Of a stretch of 64,000 nt of DNA, positions 57,942 to 64,000 are shown in pieces. The DNA comes from an uncultured Spirochaetaceae bacterium. GTDB lineage: Bacteria; Spirochaetota; Spirochaetia; SZUA-6; RPPD01. The notes beneath the pieces are model-generated. The model was not told the DNA's origin. It did not search any database and was given only the letters and a program-made list of their open reading frames with translations. Position 1 is the first letter of the stretch. The number at the start of each line of letters is the position of its first letter. The translations under genes and the position numbers were made by a program. Location: positions 6,549-70,548 of the forward strand of contig CAZEPL010000003.1 in the NCBI GenBank assembly GCA_964514135.1. The letters run 5' to 3'.

Positions 57942-58673
57942 CTAATTCACAACTTCAATAATTATTAATTCAGCTTCCTTTTTTCTTAAAGAAAGATGGT
58001 AGCCTTTAATATAAATATCAATTGGATCTCCAAGAGGGGCTACCTTTTCTACCATAATAACTTCATTAGGAATTAACCCCATACTTAAAAGCCTTCGCTT
58101 TATTTCTCTATCTCCTTCAATTCTTTTGATAATTCCTTTTTCGTTTTTTTCTAAGTTTGATAATTTTTTAATATTAGTTACTTCTAATTTCTTATCTATA
58201 TTTTCTTTTAAATATTTTGAAAAATTATCTATAAACTTACTATCAGCATCTATCTGCTTAATATATTTCATAAAACATACAATATTATTATATGTTTCTT
58301 CATGAATATAATGTTCTATATTACATGCGTCTTTCTTAGATATTTCTTCATCCGTTAGTAATATTTTTGAAAAAAAAGTAACAAGATTTTGGTGCTTTTC
58401 ATATATTCTTCTTGCTACGATTGTACCGGTTTTGGTTAATTCAATATGTTCAAATTTTTCATGTACAATTAGGTTCTTTTTTAATAAAACTTTTATTGCA
58501 TTGTTTATTGACGACACCTTATAGTTAAAAAATTCCATTAAATCTTTTACCCTAACGATTTTTTTCTTTAAGCTAATTATCCAGATAGCTTCCAGATAAT
58601 CTTCCATACTTTGTGATAATTCATACATATAGTCTCTCCTATAAAATATAGACTTACCTATATTTAATAGCAA
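57942..58673 (-). CDS. DtxR/MntR-family metal-dependent regulator with a C-terminal FeoA domain
   Basis: The N-terminal DtxR HTH is SQSMEDYLEAIW. The C-terminal FeoA-like domain is GLIPNEVIMVEKVAPLGDPIDIYIKGYHLSLRKKEA. Confidence 0.7.
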   Translation of the reverse strand: MLLNIGKSIFYRRDYMYELSQSMEDYLEAIWIISLKKKIVRVKDLMEFFNYKVSSINNAIKVLLKKNLIVHEKFEHIELTKTGTIVARRIYEKHQNLVTFFSKILLTDEEISKKDACNIEHYIHEETYNNIVCFMKYIKQIDADSKFIDNFSKYLKENIDKKLEVTNIKKLSNLEKNEKGIIKRIEGDREIKRRLLSMGLIPNEVIMVEKVAPLGDPIDIYIKGYHLSLRKKEAELIIIEVVN

Positions 58674-58899
58674 TTTCTATATTAGTCAAGTTAAATGCAC
58701 ACTTTTTTCTGCACCTGAAAGAATAAAATCTTTTCCATAGACTTCCTTAAACTTTTTTCTAGCAAGATTACCTGAACAATGATAAGGAGACACTTTCTCA
58801 ACACCCTAATCCTTTAATACATTGACAATTTCCATTATTTAACCTATATTCATCCAGCACAAATGAAAGCCTCCTAATATTAAATAAACATCTTTATAT

Positions 58900-59250
58900 T
58901 TTTATAGAATTTTTAACGATGTTTTTCGCATGAAAATAGTTACAGGTCTTGTACTCTCCTATCAGACAGCAGGAGATTTCGCCAGGTGGAATCCACATTA
59001 TCATTGACTTCTTCTAGAAGGTAGTTTTGATGCGGAAGGCAATTTTGAAGAACTGATAAATGAGAATTTTGCTAATAAATTACTATCCTGGAAGAATTCA
59101 GGATTTTCAATTGATAACTCTGTAAGAATCTTTAGCTCAATATATAGCAATGCGTCCCATATCTCTGGAGAAGATTAGATATGAACCCTTTCATGGAAAG
59201 GATTTTAGAGCACTCACCTTTGGGAACTATGCGCAATTAACTCTAAGGAG
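58900..59250 (+). mobile_element. IS91-family transposase remnant (HUH region) with an in-frame stop
   Basis: The sequence LSYQTAGDFARWNPHYH*LLLEGSFDAEGNF matches the IS91 HUH block. It is followed by the ~90-bp segment shared with 54975-55065. Confidence 0.5.
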
Positions 59251-59378
59251 AGATGATTCCTTATATTTTTTCTACCGTTTATAGACGTTCTGGAATTTTT
59301 GCCGTATATTTCTATTTTTCTTTGTAAAAATCCTTACATAAAATTATAAGTTTAGCTATCATTGCATTGTAGTACTAC

Positions 59379-60035
59379 TTAATCGGTACACAGGGATATA
59401 AGCTCTTTAATCGTGGGCGGCGTCCCCGGACCGCCGTGGACCGCTTGATAACGAATATATCTGCCGTCTGCCAGCGCAAACCAGTAATCCGCATGCCAGA
59501 AGTTACCGGCAAATCCCAACGCCTTTATTCTTATTCGTACCGCCTTGATTGAACGGCCTGAAATCTTTACTTTTTCTATGTTCATTTTAAGCGCTTCAAA
59601 CTCAAACAGAGCCAGGTCGTTGGGAGAGATTATCCAAAACTCCACCCGCTGTTTCATAGAAAGAGCAAACTTCTGTAAAGTAACCTCCGGGTACTGATAC
59701 CAGGGTCGGGAGTCTATAGTATATTCTTTGCTCACCGGCTGGCGCTTGAATGTACCTTGGAGCTTAATCGTATTTCCGTTGCGCTGCGCTTTAAAACTGT
59801 TGCCCTCCGCTGCCTGGGTGACTTCCCACACAAGCTGATTAGAGCTGCTGTCATAACTGTTCAGGCTGATTGGCGTTTTCAACACAAATCCCGCAGAGGT
59901 ATGTTCAAAAACAAGCACTTCGTATGCTATATTTTGGCCGGTGCTTACTTTGAATGTATACGATTCCTGGGCAGATACGGTATTGGCCATGGCTATTAAT
60001 ATAAGTAAAAGTGTAAATAACTCAAGATATTTCAT
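59379..60035 (-). CDS. Hypothetical secreted protein
   Basis: It has a signal peptide. The 5' end overlaps the upstream gene by 4 nt. Confidence 0.4.
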   Translation of the reverse strand: MKYLELFTLLLILIAMANTVSAQESYTFKVSTGQNIAYEVLVFEHTSAGFVLKTPISLNSYDSSSNQLVWEVTQAAEGNSFKAQRNGNTIKLQGTFKRQPVSKEYTIDSRPWYQYPEVTLQKFALSMKQRVEFWIISPNDLALFEFEALKMNIEKVKISGRSIKAVRIRIKALGFAGNFWHADYWFALADGRYIRYQAVHGGPGTPPTIKELISLCTD

Positions 60036-61045
60036 TTTTGTATCGGGTAATCCGGATTGGAAAGGTCATACTCGAAATTACCAAAATCAAGAGCATAGCC
60101 TGACAGTGTTTTACCATCAGCCGTAAGCTTAAATTTGCTCAAACTTCCCGATTGGCTATCTGCATGTTCGGCTGATGCGAATTTTGGAATAAGCTTTTCA
60201 GAGAGCTTATTATTGGAGACATTATATATATGAAAATGATAATAGCCTTTAATAACAACATATTTTAAATTTCTTTCATTATGGTGTAATACAATCTCAT
60301 ATGGAAAATCGGAAGAAACATTAACGGGAAGGAGTATTTTATTTATTACAGAAAAACCATTGCCATATTCTATTGTGACAAGCTGCCTTAAGCAAGGTAG
60401 ATTATTTTCATTATAGGCAGCAGAATCGGCTGCTATGCGAATGATAGTTTTTATTTCAGGAAAGACAACTTCCGAGCCAAGCCTGTACTTTGCTATTTTA
60501 AATCCTTTCTCAATAACAGGTAATACTATTGTTTGACCGGGCTTCAAAGGAACAGCAGGATTATGGTTATTAAGTTTTTGGATAATATCAATATACTCGT
60601 CTATTAAATAAGGATCAAAATCCGAAAAGGAAGCGGACATTAATTCCTGTACGATTTCGTGTAATGATGGGATACTCTTTCCCGTCGCATTCCGGGGCAC
60701 CGTATATTCCTGTGTTTTAATAATAACAGTGCATTCACCGCTTAAATCATACCTGTACCAACCTTCATCAGTTTTTACACCGCCTGTAATACCTCCTTTA
60801 AAGTCTACTTTTATTCCTACAGGAAAAATATGCAGAGCATAGGTTGAAAGCATTTCTCCATAAAACACACGAAAATTACCATAAACCGGCACAAAACGCA
60901 TAATACCTTGATCATTCCCTAAAATGCCTTTCTCACCGTTATCCGTTAATACAATTGTTCCTTGAAAAGCGACTGCCCCGCCGCTAAAGGCGTGTAAAGT
61001 GCTTAATGTAATAAAAATGACCACAGCAATAATTTTTTTAATCAT
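60032..61045 (-). CDS. Hypothetical secreted protein
   Basis: It has a signal peptide. No family is recognised. Confidence 0.4.
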   Translation of the reverse strand: MIKKIIAVVIFITLSTLHAFSGGAVAFQGTIVLTDNGEKGILGNDQGIMRFVPVYGNFRVFYGEMLSTYALHIFPVGIKVDFKGGITGGVKTDEGWYRYDLSGECTVIIKTQEYTVPRNATGKSIPSLHEIVQELMSASFSDFDPYLIDEYIDIIQKLNNHNPAVPLKPGQTIVLPVIEKGFKIAKYRLGSEVVFPEIKTIIRIAADSAAYNENNLPCLRQLVTIEYGNGFSVINKILLPVNVSSDFPYEIVLHHNERNLKYVVIKGYYHFHIYNVSNNKLSEKLIPKFASAEHADSQSGSLSKFKLTADGKTLSGYALDFGNFEYDLSNPDYPIQK

Positions 61046-61094
61046 TTCGGACTCCCTCTTTGTTTTACTTTAATACATACGATTTTTAACCGGT

Positions 61095-61214
61095 ATATTA
61101 AATGAGTTTCTTGCAAAAATAACATTTTTGCAAGAAACTCCTAAAATGGAAATTGCTAAATTATTATGGTATAAAGAATTAGTATTTTACTAACTTAATA
61201 TATTTTGAGTTTTG
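61095..61214 (-). repeat. MITE-like element copy C (inverted orientation; core plus hairpin)
   Basis: Its reverse complement matches 36029-36150 at about 90% by eye. Confidence 0.75.
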
Positions 61215-61326
61215 CAATTTCCTCAAATAATAAGAATTTACCATTTACTCCCGGGCTGCTCATGATTTGGCCGAATCCGCCACAATCCATTTTATCGCAA
61301 ATATAAAAATATTCCGGTCTTTTTCT

Positions 61327-62847
61327 TTAATTATTGATATGTTCTTTTATATATTTACCTCTTGTTAATCCTTTTTTTACCCTTTTTATTCCCTCTCGGA
61401 TTTGTTCAAGGCTAAGATTCCCATAACCTAAAATAAGTTTATTGTTGTTCCGGTTCTTTACGATTGCATGATCCTCTACTCTATAAACACGTACACCTTG
61501 GTCAAGGAGTGTGTTTACAAGCTTGTCCGTAAAAACAATATCTTTAAACCCGGCAACAATATACAAACCCGTAGAATCACCGCTTATAGTTACATTATCA
61601 TTAAACTCCTCATGCAATATATTGATTATCCATTTTCTTTTTTCTTTATACAGTCTTTTCATTTTGTTGACATGTCGATCAAAATGTCCCTGTAATATAA
61701 AATCGGATAAGGCAACCTGGGGCAGGGAAGATGTAATAAGGCCACATTCCTGTTTTACTCTCACACACGGCTTTACCAGTTGTTCCGGAAGAACCATATA
61801 ACCAAGACGAAGCGAAGGATAGATTGATTCACTGAAGGTCCCAATATGGATAACTATTTCGGGATCAAGCAGATGCAGGGAGCTGATGGGAGAACCGGTA
61901 TGTCTGAACTCGCTGTCATAATCATTTTCTACTATAAAGGTTTTAAGTTTCCGTGCTATTTCTATAAGCCTTACCCTACGCTGAATGGACAGCACACTTC
62001 CGGTGGGAAACTGATGCGAAGGTGTTACCATAATAAAATGATCTTTGACAGCTTCCGGAATAAGCTTTACCCGCATACCTTTTTCATCAACGGGAATTGG
62101 ATGGTATTGAATGGCAAGACTTGAAAATATTTTTTGGATTCCGTCATACACGGGATCCTCGATTATTACACCGCTGAAATCCGTTTTAAACAGCCTGCCT
62201 ATAATCAAGAATCCTTCCAGCGATCCGGACAAGACAATAATCTGATCGGGATGACAACTTATGCCTTTTTTTTTAAACAGAAAATCCGCCAATGTTGCCC
62301 TGAAGGCAAAAACTCCCTGTGCGTTACCGTAATCCAATAGATGATCGGGCATATCAAGAAATGAGTACTTTAAGAATTTTGACCATAGCTTCCTGGGTAC
62401 TCTTTTGAAATCAGGAAGACCGCTGTTAAAATCTATGATATGGGTCTGGCTTTTTCTCTCAATACTGTATGTATTTGCCTTTTTTATGGCCGTTTTATAA
62501 TCAACAAGATGAGTGTCATCCGCCACATATGTACCCGATCCCCTGCTGCTTGAAAGATAACCTTCAGCAGTTAGCTGTTCAAATACTTCAATTATTATAT
62601 TTCTGGATACTTCTAATTCTAGTGCCATAGTTCTGGTCGATGGCAGTTTTTCTCCGCTTTTTAATTCATTCTTTAATATTTTATCCCTAACTTGAGTAAA
62701 TATCTGCTCAGTCAATGTAGTCTTTTTAGATCTGTCTATATGAATCCAAAACATTGAAGACACCTCAAAAGTGGTACTATAAAAAAAGTTGAAATGTGGC
62801 TCTTTTCCATACCTCTTTTTATTACTATATATAACATTAAAAATCAA
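61327..62847 (-). CDS. MocR/GabR-family regulator (GntR HTH + class I/II aminotransferase domain)
   Basis: The HTH is LPSTRTMALELEVSRNIIIEVFEQL. The body is PLP-aminotransferase-like. The true start may be an internal Met. Confidence 0.75.
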   Translation of the reverse strand: MIFNVIYSNKKRYGKEPHFNFFYSTTFEVSSMFWIHIDRSKKTTLTEQIFTQVRDKILKNELKSGEKLPSTRTMALELEVSRNIIIEVFEQLTAEGYLSSSRGSGTYVADDTHLVDYKTAIKKANTYSIERKSQTHIIDFNSGLPDFKRVPRKLWSKFLKYSFLDMPDHLLDYGNAQGVFAFRATLADFLFKKKGISCHPDQIIVLSGSLEGFLIIGRLFKTDFSGVIIEDPVYDGIQKIFSSLAIQYHPIPVDEKGMRVKLIPEAVKDHFIMVTPSHQFPTGSVLSIQRRVRLIEIARKLKTFIVENDYDSEFRHTGSPISSLHLLDPEIVIHIGTFSESIYPSLRLGYMVLPEQLVKPCVRVKQECGLITSSLPQVALSDFILQGHFDRHVNKMKRLYKEKRKWIINILHEEFNDNVTISGDSTGLYIVAGFKDIVFTDKLVNTLLDQGVRVYRVEDHAIVKNRNNNKLILGYGNLSLEQIREGIKRVKKGLTRGKYIKEHINN

Positions 62848-62887
62848 GTTATGCGTAATACAATCTTTGTGTATTTAGGAGCAGACA

Positions 62888-63400
62888 ATGAAAATCGAAA
62901 ATATACATTATTCTGATCACGCAAAGGAATTAATTAATTCTTTTCCTAAAGGTATTTTATTACTAACAAAATATAAAGAAAACATTAATATAATGACAAT
63001 TGGATGGTGTCTCTTAGGTTATATGTGGAACAGACCAATCTTTCAAACTATCATTCGTACCTCACGGTTTACTTTTAATCTTATAGGAAAAAGTAAAAAT
63101 TTTTCTGTTAATGTCCCTTTAAAAGATAAAATGAAAGAAGAAATATTATTTTGTGGTACAAATTCAGGAATAGATATTAACAAAATTAAGAAATGCCGTT
63201 TTACTATCTCTAATTCACAATTAATTGATTCTCCTATCATATCAAATTGCGATTTATTTTTAGAATGTAAAGTAATAGCAAAATTACCAATTGAGAATAT
63301 TAATGGAGATAATTCACATGAAAATCTTAGCGATAATCATTTCCATATGATGTATTATGGAGAAATAGTATTAAGTTACATTAAAGGAGGAAACAGATGA
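62888..63400 (+). CDS. Flavin reductase-like (FMN-binding split-barrel) protein
   Basis: LLLTKYKENINIMTIGWCLLG is flavin-reductase-like. It lies divergent from the MocR regulator. Confidence 0.5.
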   Translation: MKIENIHYSDHAKELINSFPKGILLLTKYKENINIMTIGWCLLGYMWNRPIFQTIIRTSRFTFNLIGKSKNFSVNVPLKDKMKEEILFCGTNSGIDINKIKKCRFTISNSQLIDSPIISNCDLFLECKVIAKLPIENINGDNSHENLSDNHFHMMYYGEIVLSYIKGGNR

Positions 63401-64000
63401 ATAACAGTTTTAAAAGAACATTGGGGAAATCAGGGATACAGGTAAGCGCCCTTGGTCTGGGATGCTGGGCTATCGGAGGCCCGTGGAATTTCCTGGGCAG
63501 TCCGGCAGGCTGGAGCACTGTGGATGACGCGGAATCAATAAAAGCGATTCATAAAGCCATGGAATTAGGTGTCAACTTCTTTGATACGGCCGCTAACTAC
63601 GGCTGCGGGCATAGCGAACGCATACTGGGACAAGCAATCAAAGGAAAACGGCAGCAGGTCGTGATCGCCACCAAATTCGGTTACCTTGTGGATGAGGCTA
63701 CCAAGAACGTCTACCCATACGGAGAAACTGAAGAGCAGAGTGATGTTGCCGGTCATGTACGGGCAGAGTTGGAAAAAAGTCTCCAACGTCTGCAAACCGA
63801 TTACATAGATGTTTACCAGCTGCATGTATGGGGTCTTACGATTGAGCGCGCTTTGGAAGTGCGAGAGGTGCTGGAAGTTTTGGTAGAAGAAGGCAAGATC
63901 CGCACTTATGGCTGGAGTACGGATCGTACCGATGCGGTTAAGGCCTTTTCAACCTCACCTAACTGCGGTGTTGTGCAGCAGCAGTTAAACATATTTGACG
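63397..64000 (+). CDS. Aldo/keto reductase (partial, runs off the window end)
   Basis: The AKR N-terminus is GLGCWAIGG...FFDTAANYGCGHSE. A GGAGG RBS is present. Confidence 0.85.
   Translation, partial: MNNSFKRTLGKSGIQVSALGLGCWAIGGPWNFLGSPAGWSTVDDAESIKAIHKAMELGVNFFDTAANYGCGHSERILGQAIKGKRQQVVIATKFGYLVDEATKNVYPYGETEEQSDVAGHVRAELEKSLQRLQTDYIDVYQLHVWGLTIERALEVREVLEVLVEEGKIRTYGWSTDRTDAVKAFSTSPNCGVVQQQLNIFD

Noticed and set aside
1-64000. CRISPR arrays, tRNA or rRNA genes
   Set aside because: I found no regularly spaced short direct repeats and no tRNA-like conserved arms (T-loop GTTCGAATC-type) in intergenic regions. The repeats that do exist are dispersed (MITE-like, IS91 remnants), not arrayed.

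Overview
This window is an AT-rich bacterial chromosomal segment (most genes about 40-45% GC) with islands that are visibly more AT-rich, roughly 30% GC. It most likely comes from a diderm bacterium. I saw no rRNA, tRNA or CRISPR array. All domain assignments are read by eye from the six-frame translations. No database search, GC calculation or identity calculation was run, and every percentage is an eyeball estimate.

The recognisable genes are mostly housekeeping, signalling and envelope functions:
- a partial HisKA_2-type histidine kinase, a PAS histidine kinase, and an OmpR-family regulator plus kinase upstream of two tandem HtrA/DegP proteases
- a REC-GGDEF diguanylate cyclase, an AraC regulator with a membrane N-terminus, and a MocR/GntR-aminotransferase regulator divergent from a flavin-reductase-like gene and an aldo/keto reductase
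- a cyclophilin lipoprotein, a B12-binding radical SAM protein, AsnA, DeoC, two MFS transporters, an RRM RNA-binding protein, a KhpA-like KH protein, and a GT2-acyltransferase fusion
- a DtxR-like-feoA-feoA-feoB iron-uptake operon
- a three-gene envelope operon of PEGA, FecR-like and PQQ-propeller proteins

The more unusual content is:
- a mosaic, low-GC island at about 11.3-18.8 kb, with an ~830 bp direct duplication that carries a DUF2141 gene plus a decayed CrtI-like oxidoreductase, a GC-rich IS91-family transposase remnant fused in-frame to an oxidoreductase fragment, an intact FAD oxidoreductase, and a three-domain epimerase/4Fe-4S/nitroreductase fusion with a translationally coupled mini-ORF
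- four degenerate IS91-family (Y2 HUH transposase) remnants across the window, two of them sharing a ~90 bp segment that brackets the very AT-rich feo island
- a ~120 bp MITE-like element with 9 bp terminal inverted repeats and an adjacent hairpin, present in three copies
- an in-frame TAA inside an otherwise intact WG-repeat gene
- a G9 homopolymer 4 nt upstream of the start codon of a 767-aa envelope protein
- two apparently frameshifted lipoprotein genes
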